Shown here: one piece after another, positions 1-8,553 of the stretch
Layout: every line of letters starts with the position of its first letter
How positions within the stretch are numbered: position 1 is the first letter of the stretch
IMG/VR virus record: IMGVR_UViG_3300020045_011964
Length of the DNA: 20,000 nucleotides
Origin: an uncultured virus (IMG/VR IMGVR_UViG_3300020045_011964)
Lineage: Duplodnaviria > Heunggongvirae > Uroviricota > Caudoviricetes
Direction: 5' to 3' (one strand)
Made by a program: the position numbers and the translations under genes
Notes under the pieces: model-generated
Told to the model about the DNA's origin: nothing
The model's database searches: none
Seen by the model: only the letters and a program-made list of their open reading frames with translations

Positions 1-725
1 TTCTCCTCCTCTAAAATTACACTTTTCCACGCTTTGCCTGTGTTAATAGCTGACACTCGTTTATCCGTAATTCCTATTTCAACAGCAATTCGTGGTTGTG
101 GGATGCCGTCACGCAACATTTGTTTTATTTTTTTTACTTGTTTATTGGTAAGTTTCGCATACGAACATTTGTCACCTACGGGCTTTCGTCCTCTTTCTAT
201 GCAATCATTAATATTGTCTTTCTGTGTTCCTTCTCGTAAATGTTTAGGATTAACACATATTGGATTATCGCAAGAATGAAGCAAAAACATTTGTGGCTCT
301 ATTCCTTTTACGAGCAACCAAGCAAAACGATGTGCGTAATACCGTTTGTTATTTCGTTGTATTTTCCCGTAGCCTTTTTCATTTACACAACCTTGCCACT
401 CCCAACATCTTTCATCATCAGCAGTAAGTTTGACTTTTGACCAAAATTTTTCTTCTGATGTGCTACCTTTTCCAAATCGAGGATGAAGGTAAAGTGGATC
501 ACCATATCGTATAAACAAACGGTAATGCTTATTACAATAACCTTTACTTATCGTTTTTAATTCACAAGTTTCTATCAAACAAATTGGGTTTGAAAATGTT
601 ACTTTTAACGCAAAGGGGTCTTTCCAAAGATAATGTCTGCGACAAAAGGTTTTTGCATAATGACGATTATTACAGTCAGAAATTGAACAAAACCGCGCAG
701 GCTTGTTAGTATATTGATTAGCCAT
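1..725 (-). CDS. Free-standing HNH homing endonuclease with two N-terminal C-x4-C-x9-C-x2-H zinc-finger repeats and a C-terminal HTH; 3' end runs off the window
   Basis: Manual translation from ATG 725 (SD AGGAG upstream) is open to the edge: MANQYTNKPARFCSISDCNNRHYAKTFCRRHY...CLIETCELKTISKGYCNKHY...FWSKV...CWEWQG...GYG...YAHRFAW...LHSCDNPICVNPKHLREGTQKDN...AKLTNKQVKKIK...QPRIAVEIGITDKRVSAINTGKAWK. These are typical phage HNH (HNH_3-like) motifs. Missing from the ORF track because no stop lies in the window. Confidence 0.92.
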   Translation of the reverse strand, partial: MANQYTNKPARFCSISDCNNRHYAKTFCRRHYLWKDPFALKVTFSNPICLIETCELKTISKGYCNKHYRLFIRYGDPLYLHPRFGKGSTSEEKFWSKVKLTADDERCWEWQGCVNEKGYGKIQRNNKRYYAHRFAWLLVKGIEPQMFLLHSCDNPICVNPKHLREGTQKDNINDCIERGRKPVGDKCSYAKLTNKQVKKIKQMLRDGIPQPRIAVEIGITDKRVSAINTGKAWKSVILEEE

Positions 726-756
726 ATATTTACTCCTATTTAGTAGATTTTGGTTA

Positions 757-791
757 GGAATAAACAGGTGCGGAAACACCTTGTTTATTCC
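757..791. promoter_or_regulatory. Stem-loop upstream of the HNH gene (possible + strand terminator or RNA regulatory hairpin)
   Basis: GGAATAAACAGGTG-CGGAAA-CACCTTGTTTATTCC, 14-bp stem with one bulge, followed by GTTTTTGTT on the + strand. Confidence 0.6.
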
Positions 792-819
792 GTTTTTGTT
801 ATACATTAAATCTTGCATA

Positions 820-1473
820 TTAAGCGTCTGTTACCGCATCACTTGTCCAAAATATCTTAATTCCAATTAAACGGCTATCTTCTGACATATCGTCATTTCC
901 GTCTGATACGTCTCTAAACAATCGGAAAAAGCATAAATCCCCGACTGCCGGTGAACCCGCTATCGTTACGGCTGATGACTCCGAAGTGATATACACTTCG
1001 CCCGCCGCCGATTGAGCATCATCGGTGACAACTACCGGTGTTCCGAAAGCGGTATCAATCGCTTCGTTATCAGATAATGCTCCCGCTTCCAATGCCCAGG
1101 CTACCCCGTCTGTATCCGTCGCGGTTGAACTCCAATAAACCTGAAAGGTTATTGTGCCTTTATTCCACCTCTTGGGTAATGCCCATTGAAAATGAACGCT
1201 CTCATCGGTCGTCGCGTCAAAGTCATAGACCTTGTAGTTGACCTTATTGGTTGTGCTTTCCAATGTTCCGACCGCCGCGCCGTTGGTCGTTGCCGGAACA
1301 AAATGCGGAAAATAGAACCACTCCTGCTGTTTTCCGACACTTTGCGTTTTAACGTAATCGGAAATCTGCGAGCCTGTCGCTTTTTTAGAAGTTCCGCTTT
1401 CATTAACCGCAAACTCGTTAGTTCCCGCTACCGATGCTACTGCTGTCAAATCCGAGATTTTGCTGTCTGCCAA
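820..1473 (-). CDS. Virion structural / fibre-like protein (217 aa)
   Basis: TTG start with AAGGAAGG SD. The N-terminal ADSKISDLTAV motif is common in phage fibre proteins. C-terminal domain is beta-rich (YDFDATTDESVHF...FRLFRD). Confidence 0.6.
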   Translation of the reverse strand: MADSKISDLTAVASVAGTNEFAVNESGTSKKATGSQISDYVKTQSVGKQQEWFYFPHFVPATTNGAAVGTLESTTNKVNYKVYDFDATTDESVHFQWALPKRWNKGTITFQVYWSSTATDTDGVAWALEAGALSDNEAIDTAFGTPVVVTDDAQSAAGEVYITSESSAVTIAGSPAVGDLCFFRLFRDVSDGNDDMSEDSRLIGIKIFWTSDAVTDA

Positions 1474-1539
1474 AATACACCTTCCTTTTCAACGACTTAG
1501 CGTTGATTTGTATAAAAATATAATAACTGTCAAATAAAA

Positions 1540-2262
1540 CTAATCCGCCGCCGCGTTAGCCGAACTCTGATTGGACGGCAATGACGGAAGAGTTGTTTCC
1601 CTCATCTTCAAACGATTGATACAGGTATCAACAAAACCGCCGTAAAAAGACGCTTCGGGAATAAACCACCCTTCCTGTGCTAAAAACTGTAAAGTTCTTG
1701 CCACCCACAAACTTTCAACCGAAATCGGTAACGGCGATAAATCCGATGAACTGAATCTCGCCAATGCCGCCGTCCTTGAAAATACACATCCTTCCAAATA
1801 AACATTTGTCCGCGTATGATAAATCCGCCCGTTGAACATCTTGTATTTACGGATGTCGGTTGTGTAACGGCTCGCCCCGCGTCTCAAATACCTCCATATT
1901 TCCTGTATCGCGCCTTCGGTGACGGGCAAATGGTCGGTTGCATCATTAACTCCTGAGAACATTCCAATAAACTCGATATTCCCGTTTGAAACCGACGGGA
2001 TTAAATCCTCGCTGGCAAGGTCGCTTGAACGTCCGTAAAGTGCCGCTCTGTAAGGATGATTGCGGTCATTGGCTATCAGTTCGGCAATTTCCGCTTCAAC
2101 CGCGATAACAGCATCAACTAACCCAGACGCCGGAACCTGCTTGCCGTCTAAATCCGTGTATCCGGTCGTGTAGCTCGCTTCCAACTCGGATTGATTGTCA
2201 CCTTCGAGTTGAAGGCTTCTGACTGCGACCTGAACGGCCACCCTCTTAGGCGAAATACTCAT
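1540..2262 (-). CDS. Hypothetical virion protein, possibly head-tail connector-like (240 aa)
   Basis: Long ORF with GGAGG SD, overlapping the upstream gene end, in the structural operon. Function inferred from position and size only. Confidence 0.5.
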   Translation of the reverse strand: MSISPKRVAVQVAVRSLQLEGDNQSELEASYTTGYTDLDGKQVPASGLVDAVIAVEAEIAELIANDRNHPYRAALYGRSSDLASEDLIPSVSNGNIEFIGMFSGVNDATDHLPVTEGAIQEIWRYLRRGASRYTTDIRKYKMFNGRIYHTRTNVYLEGCVFSRTAALARFSSSDLSPLPISVESLWVARTLQFLAQEGWFIPEASFYGGFVDTCINRLKMRETTLPSLPSNQSSANAAAD

Positions 2263-3838
2263 TCAAATACCTCCAAGTGTTTAATGCGAACAAACTAAAA
2301 GAGCCAAAAACAAATCCGTATGAACGGGCTGTTCCGCTAGGTGCTGTAATCGAAATCGTTATGCGCGGCGTAACCGTGTAGGTATTAACAACCGCGCCGT
2401 TTCGATAAACTTTGAAATCTATTGTATCGCCGTCGGCTAATTCGGCGGCTTTCAAAGTCAGCGCATAAAGCAATTCAGTGTAGTTGCTTGCCGTTATTTG
2501 GAGATTGTCAACTTCTCCATCCTCTGAGATTTTACCCGCGACAAAAGAGTTTGTTCCGCCTGTCAAACGATTGGTCGTAGCGTTGCCGTCTGTTAAATTT
2601 GATGAATTAAAACTGTCGGTTTTCGGCAAAGTATTGATTTGGAATACGATGTCTTTATCGGTAAATTCATACCATAAAGGGTCACTGTTAGATTTCTTAA
2701 ATCCATTGCCGCTATGAGTGGGCGAAGTGGAGTCTGCACTAATAGCGATGGAGGTTAAAAAATCGTTAGTATATTCCAAAGCAAAACAATAATTGATGCC
2801 GCTCTCTAAGGAGATTTGATTCGCCCCACTAAAATTTATTGTGGTTTCTGTTTCAGTTGTTGTCAGAGTTGAAACATCTAAATTATCAGAGGATGCCAAT
2901 GCCGTCCCTGTTGGGATTGAAGTTGTTCCAAAAGTGCCTGAATGTGCATAAATCCTGACAACCGCATTACCTGTTGGTAATCCGGTTTTTCTTAACTTAA
3001 GCACTATACTTTTTAATGTTCCATTACTACTCGCCGTAAAAGATTGACCTATTGCAATATCGGGAGTGTCATAAAAATAAATATTTGCGCTAAAATTAGA
3101 AAAAGCATAACTATCTATGATTGCAAACGCTCCAATCTGATAGTAAGCATTAGTGTTAAAGGAAGCATACAAATGATAATCGTCCGTCGAAGCACCAGAG
3201 GTGTCACCTCCATCCTCTTCAACCATTACCCGAAGTAATAAATTTGAATCTCCGCCTGTTAAATCCCGTGTAATGTTCGTGTTTTGCGTATCAATTGCGG
3301 TAGAACCTGCTTCTGTCCCATCCTCGTAAAACCGAAAGGCTTTTTGTTCTGCTTTGAATGGAACTGTGTAAGTTACTTCAACTTTGACGTAATCAAATGA
3401 AAATGTAACTGCGGTTGACGAATTGCCCCGAATAGCGTGAAGTTCAACAAAAAAAGTTCCGTCTAATAAATCCGCCCGCACCCAACTTCTTTCGGCTGTG
3501 ATGTCATAAGTGTTGGTCGTATCGGCGGCGGGTTCGGTTGCATCGTCGTGGTTTGTGCCGTCAGTTGTAACCACACTTGACCGGATTCTTGCGGTAGCAA
3601 TTGAACCTGTTGTGCTACATTTCCACTCATAAATAAGTTGAACTTTGGTAATAGTTGCATCGGTTGGAATAACTCCGTCAAAACCAAATGTTCCGTAACG
3701 TGTTCCTAACGTGGTATTTTTAGCAGCAGGTGCGGCGGTTGTATAAGTGCCATCGTCGGCATAAACATTGGTCGGATTAGTTAAACCCGCGCCCACATCA
3801 GCCGCATTAGAACTTGGAAATTGTGTGACTACTGCCAT
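2246..3838 (-). CDS. Multi-domain beta-rich virion surface / fibre protein (530 aa)
   Basis: Thr/Ser/Gly-rich. N-terminal jelly-roll-like segment (TNPTNVYADDG...DYVKVEVTY) and an internal GQSFT...KTGLPTG module. Confidence 0.65.
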   Translation of the reverse strand: MAVVTQFPSSNAADVGAGLTNPTNVYADDGTYTTAAPAAKNTTLGTRYGTFGFDGVIPTDATITKVQLIYEWKCSTTGSIATARIRSSVVTTDGTNHDDATEPAADTTNTYDITAERSWVRADLLDGTFFVELHAIRGNSSTAVTFSFDYVKVEVTYTVPFKAEQKAFRFYEDGTEAGSTAIDTQNTNITRDLTGGDSNLLLRVMVEEDGGDTSGASTDDYHLYASFNTNAYYQIGAFAIIDSYAFSNFSANIYFYDTPDIAIGQSFTASSNGTLKSIVLKLRKTGLPTGNAVVRIYAHSGTFGTTSIPTGTALASSDNLDVSTLTTTETETTINFSGANQISLESGINYCFALEYTNDFLTSIAISADSTSPTHSGNGFKKSNSDPLWYEFTDKDIVFQINTLPKTDSFNSSNLTDGNATTNRLTGGTNSFVAGKISEDGEVDNLQITASNYTELLYALTLKAAELADGDTIDFKVYRNGAVVNTYTVTPRITISITAPSGTARSYGFVFGSFSLFALNTWRYLNEYFA

Positions 3839-4039
3839 TTATGTTATGCTCCGTGATGACCACCACGCCTGATATTCCTTGTAATCCCAATCAGGCTTGC
3901 CAAAAGTCAAAATAATAAAAATCAAGTGAAAATCAATATATTTTAATGCCCGGTCAATATGGATCCCTAAACTAAAAAATATCGGTTTTCCCCATTGCAC
4001 CATCCAATATTTGCCGTGTTTTATTTTCCATTCTGCCAT
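3839..4039 (-). CDS. Small aromatic/hydrophobic hypothetical protein (66 aa), moron-like
   Basis: Exactly fills the gap: its stop abuts the ATG at 3838. AT-rich and Trp/Phe-rich. No clear SD. Confidence 0.55.
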   Translation of the reverse strand: MAEWKIKHGKYWMVQWGKPIFFSLGIHIDRALKYIDFHLIFIILTFGKPDWDYKEYQAWWSSRSIT

Positions 4040-4047
4040 TTTAGTAG

Positions 4048-4090
4048 TAGGAAAAAAGTCCTGTTTTTGTATAGGAAAAAAGTCCTATAC
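4048..4090. repeat. Two identical 15-bp direct repeats TAGGAAAAAAGTCCT, each an AGGA-N6-TCCT dyad (operator-like)
   Basis: Copies at 4048-4062 and 4072-4086. The second extends to a perfect GTATAGGA-N6-TCCTATAC inverted repeat (4069-4090). Confidence 0.85.
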
Positions 4091-4092
4091 GT

Positions 4093-5499
4093 TTAAGTTT
4101 TCGTCACCTTCAAAATCAAAGTAACCCTTTGAATCGTTGTCACCGAATCCACGTTAAATCTCAAAGTATCTCCGGCTGAAATTGTTGTTGTCCATCCCGT
4201 CAATGTCGCATCCTGTGATTTGGTTGCTGTTGAAATTGTCGGCGGTGCTGCCGCCGTTATCGAGTCAGCGTCCGTCGGTGGATAATTTGCGTATGTATCT
4301 TTCCAAATATCAATGACAATCGAACCCGATTGATCGGCCAACAAAGTAACCTGGGTAATTGTGCATCCAAACTCAATAGATAGATCGCCTTTAATGCCGG
4401 TAGTAATGGTTGAACCACCACCGTCTATAATAAAACCGATAACACTTGTTTTAGCCGTAGTGGTTAATTTAGTGTTGGAAATAGACGCGTCTTTTACATC
4501 GGCGGTAATTTCCGGCGTAGCATCCGCATAAGTGAAATCAATTGTTGCGGTATCGGTCAAAATTCCGCCAACAGCATCTTGCGCGAGTTCGTCCGTGTAT
4601 TGAGTGACATCACCCAAATATAAAAAGTTACCGTCCGAACACGCTGTATCAAATTCTGCTTTAGTGCCGGAAATCCCGACAATCGAGGTCTGATCACCGG
4701 AATTCGTTCCCGTAAGGCTCAAATCTGTTTTGACCTGTGCTATCGTCCGGTTTGCCCAACTTCCCGCCTTACGCTGCAAAAAATCATCATTTGAAGGCGA
4801 TAGCCCCGCAATCACTCCTAAATCCGCATCGTAGGCTTGCACGTCCGTTCCGATAACAAGTCCTAGTGCAGTTCGTTGCGCCGAAGCATCTGCCGCTGCA
4901 ATAATGGTTCTGCCTGCCGCAGTGCAAGCCACTTCTTCTCCCGCTCCCGCTCCGCCGGTAGAGCGTCCGAATAAAATATCCGTAGCGGTTGCGGTCAACT
5001 TTCCCGCACCTAACGAATTATCTTTAACAATTGCTGTTATTTCCGGGGTAACGTCAGTATAAGTAAAATCAATTGTAGTTGAATCTGCTAAAATTCCGCC
5101 AACGGTATCCTGCGCCATTTCATCGGTATATGCGGAAGGAATTCCGGCAACTACTGTTTCAATCTTGTCATAGACATCATTTTTAGTCGGAACTTCATCA
5201 GAACCGTTCCACCCCACTCCGTAAGCCTCTGCCGGAACAACCACATCTCCCGTAAATGTCACGCCGTCCAAAATATCTTCTATTTTGTCTCTGACCGCGT
5301 TTTTGGTCGGAACTTCCAGCAAACCGTTCCAAACCCCCGCGTCATAGGCTTCATCAGGCACAAGCGGAGTTTCAAGAAAAGTCTTGACTCCGCCGATACT
5401 CTGATCATCGGAAACATTAACCGCTTCCGTCAGCCATTGACTCTGCGATTGAAGCAACGGAACGGTTCTTTTTCCTCTGTAAATATGCGGTTTCGGCAT
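4093..5499 (-). CDS. Tail-fibre-like protein with internal repeats (probable start ATG 5499, MPKPH...)
   Basis: Duplicated VPxEAY..WNG..EVPTKN.V.DKIE and YTDE.AQD.VGGIL...IDFTY.D.TPEITA.VKD repeats. Contains the RTALGLVIGTDVQAYDADL fibre motif and a C-terminal IDGGGS...ADQSGSIVIDIWK...LRFNVDS beta domain. The track's start (5595) overlaps the upstream gene and runs through a hairpin. Confidence 0.75.
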   Translation of the reverse strand: MPKPHIYRGKRTVPLLQSQSQWLTEAVNVSDDQSIGGVKTFLETPLVPDEAYDAGVWNGLLEVPTKNAVRDKIEDILDGVTFTGDVVVPAEAYGVGWNGSDEVPTKNDVYDKIETVVAGIPSAYTDEMAQDTVGGILADSTTIDFTYTDVTPEITAIVKDNSLGAGKLTATATDILFGRSTGGAGAGEEVACTAAGRTIIAAADASAQRTALGLVIGTDVQAYDADLGVIAGLSPSNDDFLQRKAGSWANRTIAQVKTDLSLTGTNSGDQTSIVGISGTKAEFDTACSDGNFLYLGDVTQYTDELAQDAVGGILTDTATIDFTYADATPEITADVKDASISNTKLTTTAKTSVIGFIIDGGGSTITTGIKGDLSIEFGCTITQVTLLADQSGSIVIDIWKDTYANYPPTDADSITAAAPPTISTATKSQDATLTGWTTTISAGDTLRFNVDSVTTIQRVTLILKVTKT

Positions 5500-5513
5500 A
5501 AGATATTTTGGTT

Positions 5514-5543
5514 TGACAGGTCTGAAATAAAACAGACCTGTCA
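5514..5543. terminator. Perfect 11-bp inverted repeat between structural genes (terminator or processing/stabilising hairpin)
   Basis: TGACAGGTCTG-AAATAAAA-CAGACCTGTCA. No strong U-tract on either strand. Confidence 0.5.
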
Positions 5544-5567
5544 GGTTAAGGTAGTGAAAATAAAGGA

Positions 5568-6176
5568 CTAAACGACATTTCCGCCCCAAGTCCACTCAAG
5601 CCATATTGCTCCCGTGAAATAAACGTTATCGCCTGCCGCAGCGTCCGCCACATCAGCATCATCAATGATGACGTTGAGATACGCGGTAACAGCAGTCACG
5701 TTGCCGTTCAAGCCGACAGGTGCAGCCAAAACTGACGAAACATTGGAAGTGCCGACACCAACCACAAACGGGTCAAGCATTGCGGTCGAAGGCAAGATAT
5801 TGACATCTGTGCTGCTAAGTGTCGCATCGGCGGTTGCGGTCGAACCTATCGAATAATCACCCGAACCCGCTCCGGCAATGTCGCCGTCAGTTCCACCCGT
5901 AGTATTAAAAGAAATCCGTGTGAAATAAGCGTTGCAAAACCCGATCTTAATACCGCCTTCGGGGAAGGTATAAAGTCCGGCTGAACCGAAAGATGCGCCG
6001 GTCGTGTTGCCGGTCGTAACAGGCATCGCCGAAAGCGCGAAAACGGTAACGTGATTAAGACCGTCACCGTATTCTGTAACAGACGCATAAGACGATGCGT
6101 TTGCGTGTAATGCACCGACATTGTTATCGGTAATGCGTGTGGCTTGATTAAGCCTGTTCGCGATATTAAGTGCCAT
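5568..6176 (-). CDS. Virion structural protein, possibly capsid decoration (~202 aa; probable start ATG 6176)
   Basis: SD AAGGAG precedes ATG GCA (MALNIANRL). Gly/Ala/Thr-rich, beta-type sequence. Confidence 0.6.
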   Translation of the reverse strand: MALNIANRLNQATRITDNNVGALHANASSYASVTEYGDGLNHVTVFALSAMPVTTGNTTGASFGSAGLYTFPEGGIKIGFCNAYFTRISFNTTGGTDGDIAGAGSGDYSIGSTATADATLSSTDVNILPSTAMLDPFVVGVGTSNVSSVLAAPVGLNGNVTAVTAYLNVIIDDADVADAAAGDNVYFTGAIWLEWTWGGNVV

Positions 6177-6269
6177 AATAATTGCTCCTTTTGGAAAAGA
6201 ATCCAAGTAATTATTGTTATTGCTCTCGAACTCCCACCATTAGGCGTTCATAGAATTTGTATAAAACTT

Positions 6270-6635
6270 TTATAAAACGCGGTAATTTCTCTTGACCGTT
6301 AAATTTTGCCCTGAATTGTTAAAAACACGGTAAAACCCTAAAAGCGTCTCTCCTGCCGCCCACGAACGGAACCATTCTGCGGTAATGGTAATTGTTTCGT
6401 GCGTGTCAAAACTTGAACCCGGACTTGTCGAACCCGCCCGTTCAATAACCAATGTGCCGGTCGCTTCCGCCGCAAAATCAAAAGCGAAGCAAAGCTCTTT
6501 ACCGCTATGACCGGCCACCCAAACCGTGTAGGCTTGGTCAGCAATAGTAGTTGTATTGGCCAGCGCATTATTAGTGCTTGATGTTGCTTTTTGAATTAAT
6601 TCGCCGACACCGGCAGTAATAAATTGACTTTGCAT
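6270..6635 (-). CDS. Hypothetical structural protein (121 aa)
   Basis: AAGGAG SD, operon context, beta-sandwich-like composition. Confidence 0.6.
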   Translation of the reverse strand: MQSQFITAGVGELIQKATSSTNNALANTTTIADQAYTVWVAGHSGKELCFAFDFAAEATGTLVIERAGSTSPGSSFDTHETITITAEWFRSWAAGETLLGFYRVFNNSGQNLTVKRNYRVL

Positions 6636-6653
6636 AAAAATTTCTCCTTAAAG

Positions 6654-7394
6654 CTATTCCCACCACATTCCGACTTCCTGAATCGCCGGTGTATTTTGGG
6701 GAAATCTGATAAACGGTTGCCAGAGTTGGATATGTGCCGCAAGCTGCGCGACCAAATCCTCGCGTATCTCACGCCGGTAAGCCATACTTTCCTGCCTTGA
6801 ATAGCCTTCCCACTCACAGGATTTAAGCGACATTATCGCGGCTCTTAATTGACGGAAATCCGCGAATTCGGGAAATGCCGGAACGTCTGACCAGGCAAAA
6901 GATGTCCAATCCAATATCCCCGAAGCATAGGTGATAACATAAGTCTTGACTTCTTCGGGAATCGGAAATATCCGCATTTTGACCGTGCTGTTGTCGCGGT
7001 AAAAAGCTACCTTCTCGCCTGAAAACGGATAGGTGTCGCCACCGTCATACGGCGCGATCCAGAACTGATATTTCTGATTGGAAAATTCCGTCAGGTAATC
7101 CGTCATCGGAACGGACATAATGTTGCTGTTATCCAAAACCCTGTGAACTTCCAATGCTTTACCAAAGGTCGAACCTGAATTGGCAGTAACGGTGTATTCA
7201 GCCTGATCAACTACCGAAGGAACGGAAACGGTTTCGATTGACCACGCCTGATTCATCGAATTTGCTTCATTGAGCATTTGCCGTTCGGTTTTTAAGAGAT
7301 TTGAGACGATAATATCCGGCGACGGTTTTTGTTCTTTCGGTTCTGCCAAAAGCCGTCTCACTTCTCTAAAATCCTGTTCCCTCGTAATTGACAT
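6654..7394 (-). CDS. Putative head-tail adaptor / connector protein (246 aa)
   Basis: Helical N-terminus, central SVVDQAEYTV and MRIFPIPEEVKTYVITY segments and a PAFPEF motif, resembling podovirus adaptor (tubular protein A-like) proteins. Lies downstream of the capsid gene. Confidence 0.6.
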   Translation of the reverse strand: MSITREQDFREVRRLLAEPKEQKPSPDIIVSNLLKTERQMLNEANSMNQAWSIETVSVPSVVDQAEYTVTANSGSTFGKALEVHRVLDNSNIMSVPMTDYLTEFSNQKYQFWIAPYDGGDTYPFSGEKVAFYRDNSTVKMRIFPIPEEVKTYVITYASGILDWTSFAWSDVPAFPEFADFRQLRAAIMSLKSCEWEGYSRQESMAYRREIREDLVAQLAAHIQLWQPFIRFPQNTPAIQEVGMWWE

Positions 7395-7401
7395 AACTTA
7401 C

Positions 7402-8547
7402 CTACACTTCCGCTTTAGCCTGTGCCTGATGGAGGCCGCAGTAACCATTCGGCGACGGACTTCCTTTACACGGAGTTCCCGCTTTGGTAAAACCCTTGCA
7501 TCTGTTTTCCGTTTCAAGCTCCGCGTCCAGAATGGTTTCGGGCTTGAACGGACTTTCCGCATCCACCTTCATCTTGGCTTGCTGTTCTTCCATTTGCTTG
7601 AATCTCAGGTAGCGTTCCCATTCCGTAGGGTCAATGTCCGGTGCATTTTGAACAGGCGGTGGCGGCGGTTGCGGTGCCTGAAATCCACCTTCATTTTGTC
7701 TGACAGCCGTTTGCGCCAAAATATTCAATGCTTCGGTCATTTTGTCCATTTGCTGTGCCTGCTGCTGCTGGACGTTATCGCGGCGTGAGATACCGGTTTG
7801 CTCAAAAGCGATCTCCGCTTCCGGTCCCGCCGTCCACGCCCATCCTTTAGCCTGCGCCTGAGATAATTTTGCGTTAGCGTCATTGGCTTTCCAATTACAC
7901 CAAATCAGAAAATCATCACAGGATTTAATGGCTGCGCTGGCGACATCACGTTCAAAGTCATTGTTTGCCTGCTTATATCTTTCGGCGAAATACTTCTTGA
8001 GGTCGTAAGTCTTTTCGAGAATTACTGCCTGCCCCGAAAGAATATCCATCCAGTTCGGGAATAAAAAAACCTGTGCCTGTGCCGCTTCCTGCACATTCTG
8101 GCAGGGAAGGCGAACAATCCCGGTCGGTTGGTCATTTTTCGGCGCACAGAGACGGTCTATCTCATCAACCGGAAAAAACTGTTTGCGGTAAAGTCCATCC
8201 CATACTCTCCCGCCTTCTTCGCCTTTTCTGGTTCCGCAAACGATTTCACGCCCGTTTTCTAAGATGGAATAGGTTTTAATAAAATGTTCGCGTTGCGACG
8301 GTTTGACGTTAGTTGCCGCTTCCGACTGCATTTGCGGTCTTAATTGGGTAACTTCACAGCGACGGATAAATCCCCGATGCGGTTCAAGTGTCAAAAAGTT
8401 AGTCCGTAAAATCCCGCCCTGATTTAGAAAAGGTTCGCGGGATTTCAGTTCCTTTGAAATCCGGTTGCCGACAAAAAAGACGAAAAACTCGCCCGCCGTA
8501 GCTTTTGTCGGTATCTTAATCTGGTATTCAGCAATTGCCGTAGTCAT
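7402..8547 (-). CDS. Hypothetical protein (381 aa) with Gln/Pro linker and C-terminal C3H zinc motif (DUF5763-like)
   Basis: C-terminus CKGFTKAGTPCKGSPSPNGYCGLHQ. SD AACAGGGAG upstream. Confidence 0.65.
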   Translation of the reverse strand: MTTAIAEYQIKIPTKATAGEFFVFFVGNRISKELKSREPFLNQGGILRTNFLTLEPHRGFIRRCEVTQLRPQMQSEAATNVKPSQREHFIKTYSILENGREIVCGTRKGEEGGRVWDGLYRKQFFPVDEIDRLCAPKNDQPTGIVRLPCQNVQEAAQAQVFLFPNWMDILSGQAVILEKTYDLKKYFAERYKQANNDFERDVASAAIKSCDDFLIWCNWKANDANAKLSQAQAKGWAWTAGPEAEIAFEQTGISRRDNVQQQQAQQMDKMTEALNILAQTAVRQNEGGFQAPQPPPPPVQNAPDIDPTEWERYLRFKQMEEQQAKMKVDAESPFKPETILDAELETENRCKGFTKAGTPCKGSPSPNGYCGLHQAQAKAEV

Positions 8548-8553
8548 ATAAAA

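Noticed and set aside
34..440. Plus-strand ORFs 34-279 and 240-440
   Set aside because: Antisense shadows of the minus-strand HNH gene.
4048..4086. Direct repeats as a mini-CRISPR array
   Set aside because: Only two 15-bp copies with a 9-bp spacer; no cas genes.
4483..5130. Fibre repeats as a DGR template/variable pair
   Set aside because: Both copies are in-frame within one gene, differences are mostly synonymous rather than adenine-specific, and no reverse transcriptase is present in the window.
5500..5595. N-terminal extension of the 500-aa ORF (likewise 6177-6206 for the 212-aa ORF)
   Set aside because: The first overlaps the upstream gene and a hairpin; the second lies upstream of the obvious SD. 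Downstream ATGs are more plausible.
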